From the NCBI GenBank assembly GCA_023132875.1, contig JAGLXN010000007.1:1262-65261 (forward strand): 64,000 nt of DNA. The letters run 5' to 3'. Numbering within the stretch: the stretch's first letter is position 1; every line of letters starts with the position of its first letter. The stretch is from Candidatus Parcubacteria bacterium (lineage in GTDB: Bacteria > Patescibacteriota > Minisyncoccia > JAHIHE01 > JAGLIN01). Positions 51,835 through 60,465 of this stretch are shown here, in pieces. The notes below the pieces were generated by a model. It was not told where the DNA came from, made no database searches, and saw nothing but the letters and a program-made list of their open reading frames with translations. The position numbers were made by a program, and so were the translations under genes.

Positions 51835-52191
51835 CAAAAAAATCCAAAGCTCAAATTACCTCAAATTATTCCAAATCAAATCCAAAACCCAAAATCTAAA
51901 AAGATTCTTAAATCATTTGAAATTTAGATTTGATTTGGAATAATTTGAATTTTGAAATAATTTGGATTTATCGTCCACTATCCTGTTCACAAGCGCAGGA
52001 TCTAGATTTACGAGAAAAATAGACCATGACTTTAAGGCTAATAATACAACTAAGGAGGGATTGTTATATTTTCACCGCTCATAAACAGGATGGTGGACAG
52101 TAATTTTTGTTTTAAATAAACAAAAAACCTCCAGCTAAGACAAAATCAAACTTTTTAATTTAACTAAACAGCTTATCATATTTTAAAGAAT

Positions 52192-53289
52192 ATGTCAACC
52201 CCCGAACATAAGTATTACAACGCTTTCAATCTCATACCACAAATGGGACCAGCTAGGTTTAGCAAACTTTTTACTTACTTTGATACAATGGAAAATGCTT
52301 GGAGCGCAAGCGCGGGAGAATATAAAAAAGCGGGGCTGGAAGAAAAGGTAATAGAGAAAATTATTCAAGCAAAGAAAGAAACATCGCCAGAAAAAGAACT
52401 CGAAAAACTTGAAAAAGAAGACATAAAAATAGTAACTATAAAAGATGAGTTGTACCCGAAGCTTCTTGAAGAAATTCACTCTGCTCCGGCTTTGTTATAT
52501 TATAAGGGAGAAATAAAAAAAGATGAGTTTACGATTGCTATTGTCGGCTCAAGAAAATTTTCCACCTACGGGAGACAAGTTTGCTCGCAGTTCGCAAGAG
52601 AGCTGTCGCAAGCAGGACTTATAATTATAAGTGGAATGGCGCTTGGTATTGACGGCATCGCGCACAGAGAGTGCCTGAAACTGAAAAACAGAACTGTTGC
52701 AGTTTTGGGAGGCGGAATTAACACAAAGAGCATTTATCCTTCAAGCAACCATCAAGTCGCTGAGGAAATAGTTTCAAACGGCGGAGCAATTGTCAGTGAA
52801 TATCCAATTGGCACACCCCCGCTCAAACAACACTTTCCAGCTCGTAATAGAATTATAAGCGGTCTTTCGCTTGGTGTTTTGGTTGTCGAATCAGCCCAAT
52901 CTTCAGGCACACTCATTATTGCCAAATTCGCTCTTGAGCAAAATAGAGAAGTACTTGCCATTCCGGGAAGTATATATTCCATGACTTCTAAAGGCTCTAA
53001 TAATCTTATAAAACTTGGAGCAAAACTTGTCACAAAAACAGGAGATGTTCTAGAAGAGCTTAATCTTGAGTCTGCGATAGAAATAAAAAAAGCCCGAGAA
53101 ATAATTCCCGACAATGAGGAAGAAGCGCTAATTTTAGAAAATTTATCTCCTAACGAACCAATTCACATTGACCAGCTTGCAAAAACCATTAAAATAAATG
53201 TAACCGCCATTTCTAGTTTATTGACACTTATGGAGATAAAAGGTAAAGTCAAAAATATCGGAGGTATGAGGTATATTGTGACGAGTTGA
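52192..53289 (+). CDS. dprA: DNA processing protein DprA
   Basis: AIVGSR, SGMALGIDG, FPARNRIISG, C-terminal winged helix. Confidence 0.96.
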   Translation: MSTPEHKYYNAFNLIPQMGPARFSKLFTYFDTMENAWSASAGEYKKAGLEEKVIEKIIQAKKETSPEKELEKLEKEDIKIVTIKDELYPKLLEEIHSAPALLYYKGEIKKDEFTIAIVGSRKFSTYGRQVCSQFARELSQAGLIIISGMALGIDGIAHRECLKLKNRTVAVLGGGINTKSIYPSSNHQVAEEIVSNGGAIVSEYPIGTPPLKQHFPARNRIISGLSLGVLVVESAQSSGTLIIAKFALEQNREVLAIPGSIYSMTSKGSNNLIKLGAKLVTKTGDVLEELNLESAIEIKKAREIIPDNEEEALILENLSPNEPIHIDQLAKTIKINVTAISSLLTLMEIKGKVKNIGGMRYIVTS

Positions 53290-53535
53290 AAGTTTGTAAA
53301 GTAAAAAGTTCGTAAAGTTGTAAAGTTGTAAACAACAGCGTCTGTCATCCTGAAAGAGTGGAACGACTGAAGGATCCCAAGTTTAATTTCGTATAGTGTA
53401 ATATTAAAGTTCTGAGTGTATAGTTACGGGATTCTATCGCCTTCGGCTTCAGAATGACAGATTTAAATAATTTGAAAAATCGGCAAAATAAAAAAAGAGA
53501 CAATAAATTGTCTCTTGGCTTAGTGTCGTAAAAAG

Positions 53536-53871
53536 TTATTTATTATTTTCCTCCAACAATTTACATTCTTTGATTAATCTTCTTAGACTTGTTAACTTTT
53601 TCATTTTAGCTAATATAGCTGTATTTAGTTCATGACGAAGCTCTTCATCATCTTTTTTAAGCATCCCCTCAATTCTACTAATTCGTATTCTTTCTAGAAG
53701 AATTTTTCTTTCTTCAAGCAAGACAAGAACAGCACTGAAATCTCTTTTATCTAAAGATTCATTGAATCTCTCCCATGAAAAATTTTTAAATTTTTTCCCA
53801 TCTAGGGTAGAAAATTCTCTAGTAATATTTTCCCTAAATGTTTCTATTTCGTTTTCGTCTGTTATTTTTAT
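53536..53871 (-). CDS. hypothetical protein, probably with an ATA start
   Basis: frame of the 61-aa ORF stays open upstream to ATA codons just after a GAGGAGG RBS; no in-frame ATG/GTG/TTG further upstream. Confidence 0.45.
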   Translation of the reverse strand: MKITDENEIETFRENITREFSTLDGKKFKNFSWERFNESLDKRDFSAVLVLLEERKILLERIRISRIEGMLKKDDEELRHELNTAILAKMKKLTSLRRLIKECKLLEENNK

Positions 53872-53913
53872 AACCTCCTCGTTTAATAAACATGCTAAAC
53901 TAAAAACATATTC

Positions 53914-56199
53914 ATGTCAACCTCAAAAATCAAAAAACTCATCATTGTGGAATCTCCCACAAAAGCGAAAACTATCACGAAATTTTTAGGCAATGAATAT
54001 ATTATCAGGTCTTCTTTCGGCCATCTTCGCGATCTGCCGAAAAGCAAATTGGGAGTTGATACGGAAAATAATTTTAAACCGGAATATGTTATAAATCCAA
54101 AAAGCAAAAAACAGGCCGCTGAATTGAAAAAGTATGCCAAAGAGTGTGATGAGATTATATTGGCATCTGATGAGGACCGCGAGGGAGAAGCGATTGCCTG
54201 GCATTTAGCTCAATTATTGAATCTTGAAGGATTTGGAACTGGAAAAAAAGAAAAGAAATATAAAAGAATTGTTTTTCACGAGATCACAAAAAAAGCTATT
54301 TTAAACGCCTTAGATAATCCAAGAAGTATAGACATGAACTTGGTTGACGCGCAGCAAGCCAGAAGAATTCTAGACCGACTCGTGGGATACAAGCTATCCC
54401 CTCTTCTCTGGAAAAAAATTCGCTACGGGCTTTCAGCAGGACGAGTTCAGTCTGTTGCAGTTCGTTTAATTGTTGAGAGAGAAGAAGAAATAAATAAATT
54501 TAATCCAGAAGAATATTGGTTAATTGAAGCAATGGTTCGACAGGTTCACTATGACAAAAAATGTCACCCTGAGCTTGTCGAAGGGTTTAATGCTAGATTG
54601 ATTAAAATTGATGGAAAATCAATCGGAAAACTAGGTGTTAAAACTAAAAAAGAGGCTGAAAAAATTAAGCAAGATCTTGAAAAGGTAAAATATGAAATTG
54701 AAAAAATAACGAAGAAAGAAACAAAGAAAAATCCTGTTCCGCCATTTACAACCAGCACCTTACAGCAAGCTTCTAGCAATAAATTCGGCTATAGCGCCAA
54801 ACAAACAATGATGATCGCTCAACAGCTCTATGAGGGAATTAATCTTGGCTCAAGGGGTTCAAGCGGTTTAATAACCTATATGAGAACTGACTCTTTAAGC
54901 TTGAGTAAAAGTTCGCTTGAATCAGCTGAAAATTATATTAAAAATAAGTTTGGAAATAAATATGCCGAAAGAAGATTCTTCAAAACAAAAAGCAAAGGCG
55001 CGCAAGAAGCGCATGAAGCTATTCGTCCGACAAACCCAGAAATTGATCCGGAAAGTATTAAAGAATTTTTAGACAACAAACAATTTAAAATTTATGAATT
55101 GATCTGGCAAAGAATGGTAGCATCTCAAATGGCAAGCGCGATTGTGGATTCAACTATCATTGATATTTTAGCCGAAAGCAAAAAGGAGTTCAACTCCGAA
55201 GCTTCAGGGTTGAACTCCTTTTTGTTGCGCGCCACTGGGTCAACAATAAAATTTAAAGGATTTTTAAAAGTATATCCAATAAAATCAGAAGAAATCATCT
55301 TGCCGAAACTGACAGAAAAAGAGAAATTAGATCTTATAAAAATTGTCAGCGAACAGCATTTCACCCAGCCTCCGGCAAGATTTAATGAAGCAAGTTTAAT
55401 CAAAGTTCTCGAAGAGCTTGGAATCGGACGACCATCAACATACGCTCCGACTATCAGCACTATTCAAGACAGGGGCTATATTAAAAAAATTGAAAAAAGG
55501 CTTCATCCGCAAGAAATCGGCATTTTAGTAAATAAACTTTTAGTTGAACACTTTCCAAAAATTGTAAATGTTAAGTTTACGGCAAAAATGGAAGAGGATT
55601 TAGACAAAGTAGCAGAAAATAAAAAAAATTGGGTTGTAATATTAAAAGATTTTTATAAACCATTTAAAACAAATCTTATGCAAAAAGAAAAAGAAATTGA
55701 TAAAAAAGAGTTGACCGAAGAAGCAACTGATAAGGTGTGTGAAAAATGCGGAAAGCCAATGATAATAAAAATGGGACGCTTCGGAAAATTTATGGCATGC
55801 AGCAATTATCCAGACTGTAAAAATACAAAACAGCTGGATGATAAAGGAGAGATAGAAGAGCCTGAAATTACTAATGAAATCTGCGAAAAATGCGGAAAGC
55901 CAATGGTATTTAAAATTGGACGCTATGGAAAGTTTTTGGGCTGCTCCGGCTACCCAAACTGCAAAAATATAAAACCGATAGTGAAATCTACCGGAGTTCA
56001 ATGCCCAGAGTGCGGCAAGGGCGAAATTGTTGAGAAAAAATCAAAAGCCGGCCGAGTATTCTTCGCCTGTAGCGGATACCCAAACTGCAAATACGCGATG
56101 TGGAATAAACCGACTGGAGAAAAGTGTCCAAAATGCGGCAACCTAATAGTTTACGCAAAAAATGACAGCGTGGCTTGTTCAAACAAGGAGTGCAAATAA
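53914..56199 (+). CDS. topA: DNA topoisomerase I
   Basis: VESPTK, DEDREGE, GRVQS, ITYMRTD, C-terminal Zn ribbons. Confidence 0.98.
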   Translation: MSTSKIKKLIIVESPTKAKTITKFLGNEYIIRSSFGHLRDLPKSKLGVDTENNFKPEYVINPKSKKQAAELKKYAKECDEIILASDEDREGEAIAWHLAQLLNLEGFGTGKKEKKYKRIVFHEITKKAILNALDNPRSIDMNLVDAQQARRILDRLVGYKLSPLLWKKIRYGLSAGRVQSVAVRLIVEREEEINKFNPEEYWLIEAMVRQVHYDKKCHPELVEGFNARLIKIDGKSIGKLGVKTKKEAEKIKQDLEKVKYEIEKITKKETKKNPVPPFTTSTLQQASSNKFGYSAKQTMMIAQQLYEGINLGSRGSSGLITYMRTDSLSLSKSSLESAENYIKNKFGNKYAERRFFKTKSKGAQEAHEAIRPTNPEIDPESIKEFLDNKQFKIYELIWQRMVASQMASAIVDSTIIDILAESKKEFNSEASGLNSFLLRATGSTIKFKGFLKVYPIKSEEIILPKLTEKEKLDLIKIVSEQHFTQPPARFNEASLIKVLEELGIGRPSTYAPTISTIQDRGYIKKIEKRLHPQEIGILVNKLLVEHFPKIVNVKFTAKMEEDLDKVAENKKNWVVILKDFYKPFKTNLMQKEKEIDKKELTEEATDKVCEKCGKPMIIKMGRFGKFMACSNYPDCKNTKQLDDKGEIEEPEITNEICEKCGKPMVFKIGRYGKFLGCSGYPNCKNIKPIVKSTGVQCPECGKGEIVEKKSKAGRVFFACSGYPNCKYAMWNKPTGEKCPKCGNLIVYAKNDSVACSNKECK

Positions 56200-56239
56200 A
56201 TGCATAAATTATAAAATTTTAACAAACTAAAATAACATT

Positions 56240-56806
56240 ATGAAAAAAATAAAAATAGGGGTTTCGGGAGATGTTGGCAGTTTTTCAGAGCAAGCCACGA
56301 ATGAATACGCCAGAAAAAACGGAATTAAAAACTATGAAATTAAGTGCCTTATTTCCGTAGAAAAAGTACTCACTGAACTTGACAAAAAGAAAATAGATCT
56401 TGGAATTTTTCCTATTGAAAATTCAAATGGCGGGATTGTGATTGAAAGCGTAAATGCAATCAGCAAGCATATTTTTAAAATAAAAAATATTTTTGAAATC
56501 CCGGTAATTCATTGTTTGTTGACAAAACCCGGTATTGAAAAAGAGGATATAAAAAATATAGCTTCTCATGATCAAGCTTTAAAGCAATGCAAAATGTATT
56601 TAAAAAGAAAATGGACAGAAACTCAATTGCAGGAAACTAAAGATACAGCAAAATCAGCAAAAGATCTTTCAGAAGGAAAATTATCTGAAGACACCGCGGT
56701 CCTCGCTCCTGAAAGCTGCGCCACTTTATACGGCCTTATCGTTATGGAAAAAGGAATCCAGGATTTAAAATTTAATTTCACGAATTTTTTGGCAGTGGAG
56801 AAGTAG
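56240..56806 (+). CDS. prephenate dehydratase-domain protein without ACT domain (paralog 1)
   Basis: GSFSE, PIENSNGG, SHDQALKQC, DTAKSA; TNF in place of TRF. Confidence 0.85.
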   Translation: MKKIKIGVSGDVGSFSEQATNEYARKNGIKNYEIKCLISVEKVLTELDKKKIDLGIFPIENSNGGIVIESVNAISKHIFKIKNIFEIPVIHCLLTKPGIEKEDIKNIASHDQALKQCKMYLKRKWTETQLQETKDTAKSAKDLSEGKLSEDTAVLAPESCATLYGLIVMEKGIQDLKFNFTNFLAVEK

Positions 56807-56857
56807 GAATATATTATAAAATCTTATTTAAAAATTAAACTATGTAAATAAAAAAAT

Positions 56858-56882
56858 AGAGAGTGAAGTTTCACTCTCATTT
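56858..56882. terminator. bidirectional terminator
   Basis: gagagtgaa-gt-ttcactctc between convergent genes. Confidence 0.65.
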
Positions 56883-57710
56883 TTAAATTGTCTCTGCTTT
56901 TGGATAAGATCCTAAAACAACTATCTCTTTCACTTTACTAATTACTTCTGTTAACGCATTTTTGAAATTTTCATCATCACAATGACCATCTGCATCAACA
57001 AAGAATGTCCGAGAACTCGATATCTCTTCTGCAGGAAGAGACGAAAGCATTGTCATATTTATTTTGTTCTTTGTAAATATGTGCAAAACTTTTTCTAAGG
57101 AACCAGCCTTATCCTCTACCTTAAAGAATAATGTTGTTTTATCTTTTCCCGTAGGTTTTGTTTTATTTTTATTTAAGAGCATAAATCTTGTTATATTATC
57201 TCCTTGATCATTTATATCTCTTTCTATAATCGCAATATTAAATTCCTTTGAAGCTTCTTCAGAGCCAATCGCTGCAATTGACTTATCCTTTGTTTTTGAA
57301 GCCAACTCAACGGCTTCTGCCGTGCTATTAGTTATTTTTATACAAATATCATTTAATCCTCCTAAATATCCAATACACTGCATAATCCCCTGCGAATGAG
57401 AATAAACAACTTTAACATCTTCTATCTTGCCATAACCAACAAGACACTGTTGAATTTTAAGATATAGTTCTCTAATACCGTAAAATGGCTTCATCAATTG
57501 TAGTTCTTTTAGCACATCAATAACTGCCTTTCCTGTTGAATTTGATATAGGAACAACAATTTCATCTACTTCATTATTTTTAAAAGCCTCAATCAAACTT
57601 TTAAAGTCTGAATGAAACACTATTTTAGTTTCATTGTATTTCTTTGCAAACTTAATAGTAGCAACATGAGAAAAGGTCGCTGCTGGACCTAAGCATCCGA
57701 TTGTTATCAT
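56883..57710 (-). CDS. pheA: prephenate dehydratase with ACT domain
   Basis: LGPAATFS, SHSQGIMQC, STAEA, NITRF, ACT domain DKAGSL..INMT; AAGGAGG RBS before ATG 57710. Confidence 0.92.
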   Translation of the reverse strand: MITIGCLGPAATFSHVATIKFAKKYNETKIVFHSDFKSLIEAFKNNEVDEIVVPISNSTGKAVIDVLKELQLMKPFYGIRELYLKIQQCLVGYGKIEDVKVVYSHSQGIMQCIGYLGGLNDICIKITNSTAEAVELASKTKDKSIAAIGSEEASKEFNIAIIERDINDQGDNITRFMLLNKNKTKPTGKDKTTLFFKVEDKAGSLEKVLHIFTKNKINMTMLSSLPAEEISSSRTFFVDADGHCDDENFKNALTEVISKVKEIVVLGSYPKAETI

Positions 57711-57745
57711 CTTATGATTCCTCCTTATATTGTAAATGTGCAGAA

Positions 57746-57819
57746 TGTCCTGGGTAAGATTTGAACTCACGACTCCATGCTTTTCACACAGACTCTATGC
57801 CAAACTAAGACACTAGGGC
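57746..57819 (-). tRNA. degenerate tRNA-Phe(GAA)-like cloverleaf (pseudo-tRNA)
   Basis: 74 nt with canonical spacing, U8, A14, GG in the D-loop, U33-GAA-A37, GTGAG-TTCAAAT-CTTAC T arm and A73; mismatches in acceptor and anticodon stems; no CCA. Confidence 0.65.
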
Positions 57820-57936
57820 TTTTTATTTTTATTTTTGTCCATTCAAGTGAACTTCTTTTTTGAATCCACCCTCTAAAATTTCAATAACTCTTGAAACCCT
57901 AAAGGGTAAATTCCATTTATTATAATTTTAAACATC

Positions 57937-57958
57937 AAAAAAACCATCTTTGCGATGG
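57937..57958 (-). terminator. attenuator terminator of the pheA leader
   Basis: CCATC-gcaaa-GATGG-TTTTTTT. Confidence 0.8.
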
Positions 57959-57992
57959 GCCATTATGAGAAATATTATACTAAAACAACAAC

Positions 57993-58055
57993 CTATCGCA
58001 TATGACGGCTAAAAAAGCTAAAAAAGAAAAATTGGCTGTTTTTTGTATAATTCAT
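57993..58055 (-). CDS. pheL: Phe-rich leader peptide MNYTKNSQFFFFSFFSRHMR
   Basis: hand-translated; six clustered Phe codons upstream of pheA, followed by antiterminator and terminator. Confidence 0.85.
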   Translation of the reverse strand: MNYTKNSQFFFFSFFSRHMR

Positions 58056-58077
58056 AAAATTTTCAACTTATAAACAT

Positions 58078-58105
58078 AATATAGCATACATAAAAAATAT
58101 GTCAA
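58078..58105 (-). promoter_or_regulatory. promoter of the pheL-pheA transcript
   Basis: TTGACA-16 bp-TATATT with extended TG. Confidence 0.65.
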
Positions 58106-58169
58106 TATTTTTGTGACTATTTCACATTTTTATGATAAAATAAGCTTATAAGCATTAAATCCATCAAAA

Positions 58170-58736
58170 ATGAAAAAACTAAAAATAGGAGTCTCAGGCA
58201 ATGTTGGCAGTTTTTCAGAAGAGGCCGCCAATTATTATTGCCACAATAATAATATAAAAAATTATGAAATTCAGTATTTAATAAGCGTCAAGAACACAAT
58301 GGAAGCCCTAAAAAAGGGCGAGATAGACAAGGGCATTTTTCCAATTGAAAATTCAAATGGAGGCATCGTTCATGAAGCGATTTATGCTATGAGCGAATAT
58401 GTTTTTGATATTGAAAATATATTTGAGATTGACGTTAAGCACTGCTTGCTTGCAAAACCGGGAACAAAAGCAAACGACATAAAAAAAATAGCTTCCCATC
58501 CGCAGGCGCTCAAACAATGCAGAATGTATTTGAAGAAAAAATGGGGGAATCTTCAATTACAGGAATATTCTGACACAGCTGACGCGGCAAAAGACTTGCG
58601 TGAAGGAAAAATTCCCCCCGACACCGGAGTAATCGCTTGTAAAAAATGCGCAAAATTATATGAATTGAACCTGCTTGAAGAAGGAATACAAGATTTGAAA
58701 TTCAACTTCACGACATTTATAACGGCGACTATGTAA
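58170..58736 (+). CDS. prephenate dehydratase-domain protein without ACT domain (paralog 2)
   Basis: same length as and clearly homologous to 56240-56806; TTF in place of TRF. Confidence 0.85.
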   Translation: MKKLKIGVSGNVGSFSEEAANYYCHNNNIKNYEIQYLISVKNTMEALKKGEIDKGIFPIENSNGGIVHEAIYAMSEYVFDIENIFEIDVKHCLLAKPGTKANDIKKIASHPQALKQCRMYLKKKWGNLQLQEYSDTADAAKDLREGKIPPDTGVIACKKCAKLYELNLLEEGIQDLKFNFTTFITATM

Positions 58737-59138
58737 AGACGCATGCGCAAAATATTAAATTGATATTTTAAATTTTTCTTTAATAAAAAAATTAAGGAGA
58801 TGAAACAGTCCATCTCCTTTTAAACTTATAACTATTCTTGTTTGTTTGTGTCATCTATTGACTCACACTTTTCAAGTGATTCAACAAGACCATTAACAGT
58901 CTTTTCTCCAGCTTCAAATGCAAATGGCATTTATTTTTCCCTCCTCCATCTTTTTAAAAAATTGCACAAAATAATATTGGTTTCCATACCCAAGGATCTG
59001 TCTTGAGCTTTTGTTTCACATTCCATTATGATAAATGAAATTTATTAATTGCGCCGTCCCCTCTCAGGACAAATTCTATCTATAATTTCGTTATAAACAA
59101 AATTTGTCCTGAGAAGATGATACTTTTATTTTTGCTAT

Positions 59139-59296
59139 AAAAAAGCCTACCTATTGCGTAGGTTGCTTTTAATTTGGTCTCTTCTCTATTCTTTATTTTT
59201 AACCAGATTAAAAGCAAACTACCTAATTAGTAGGCTAATCACTTTCACAGTATAAGCAGTAACAACTCTGCTAATTGCAGCACCATAAGTCTCCAT
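59139..59296 (-). promoter_or_regulatory. putative branched-chain amino acid attenuator (leader peptides plus terminator)
   Basis: ORFs MVLQLAELLLLIL (59245-59286) and METYGAAISRVVTAYTVKVISLLIR (59219-59296); terminator CCTAC-gcaatag-GTAGG-cTTTTTT. Confidence 0.6.
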
Positions 59297-59324
59297 AAAA
59301 GTTTTTTACTTTATTACTAAACAG

Positions 59325-59486
59325 TAGACTTGTTGCGTAATTAATTTCGTAGCGTCCGCCCTGAGCGGATGAGACAAATTTTTCAAACAATTCTTGAGGT
59401 TTAGCCTAAGCTAAGCTGAAGAAATTTTTGGAAAATTTGACCAAAATATGGAAATTGCAGTAGGAACTAATTACGTGACAAGTCTA
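59325..59486. mobile_element. MITE-like ~160 bp element
   Basis: TAGACTTGTTGCGTAATTA...TAATTACGTGACAAGTCTA terminal inverted repeats with TA at both ends. Confidence 0.8.
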
Positions 59487-59509
59487 ATATAGCAGGTTTA
59501 AAGAATTTG

Positions 59510-60229
59510 TCAATTTTCTTTATAAATATCAAATTTATATCCGAATTTATTTTTTTTATCCTTTCCTAAAAGCGCCCAGTGAAGTCCGGTGCCAATTCCT
59601 TGAGCCGCGACTTTTAAATGCCCCTCTTTTTCAAAACGCCGGGGAGAAACTTGAATTTTAACGCTTTTTAACACTTTAAATTTTATTTTGAACAATTTAG
59701 ATCTAATCGCCCTTTGAACATAGTCTGAATCTTCTCCTAAGGTAATTCTTTCGTCAAAACCATTTATTTTATTATGTAAATTTTTTTTGATAAAAATACA
59801 CCACCCTCCGGCAAAAGGGGTAAGAGAATACTGAAATAGCTCCATCAGCCGGTTCCAAAAGTCAAAATAAAGTTTGTCCATTTTTTTTCCATGTAAATAT
59901 ATTAGAGGAGCCGCAACATCAAGTTTTCTTTCTTTAAATTCCTTAATTGCTTTTTTTAAGAAATTTCTAGTTTTTAACTCTGTATCGGCGTCTAGAAACA
60001 ACAAATCATCTCCTTTGGCAAATTTTACTCCCTGATTTCTCGCTTTTCCCGGCAATCCGCCTTTTACTATTTTACAGCCATATCTTCCAGCGATTTTCTT
60101 AGTTTTATCTTTAGAATTATTGTCAGCCACAATAATTTCATAATCTTTAAAAGTCTGCCTTTTAATGCTTCTAAGAAGTTTTGGCAAATACTTTTCTTCG
60201 TTTTTTGCGGGAATGATAATTGATAACAT
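59510..60229 (-). CDS. glycosyltransferase family 2
   Basis: SIIIPAKNEE, ADNNSKD, FLDAD, GFDE..GED. Confidence 0.92.
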   Translation of the reverse strand: MLSIIIPAKNEEKYLPKLLRSIKRQTFKDYEIIVADNNSKDKTKKIAGRYGCKIVKGGLPGKARNQGVKFAKGDDLLFLDADTELKTRNFLKKAIKEFKERKLDVAAPLIYLHGKKMDKLYFDFWNRLMELFQYSLTPFAGGWCIFIKKNLHNKINGFDERITLGEDSDYVQRAIRSKLFKIKFKVLKSVKIQVSPRRFEKEGHLKVAAQGIGTGLHWALLGKDKKNKFGYKFDIYKEN

Positions 60230-60465
60230 AATTTTAATTGTTATATTGTTATATCAAATTGTCATCCTAGAGTGTAGTGAAACAGAACGATAGGATCTCG
60301 AGTTTAGCATTATAAAATTTTATTCCATGGTTTTGTGCGCGTAGTTTCGGGATTCTATCGCTATCGCTCTAGAATGACAGTATAATATAGCATGTCAGTT
60401 TTGAATTTGTAATTTAATTATTATTTTGGATTTGTAATTTGTTTATTGATTGAAAACTACATTTT

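Noticed and set aside
57711-57770. N-terminal extension of pheA in the ORF track
   Set aside because: The AAGGAGG RBS points to ATG 57710; the extension runs through the tRNA-like element.
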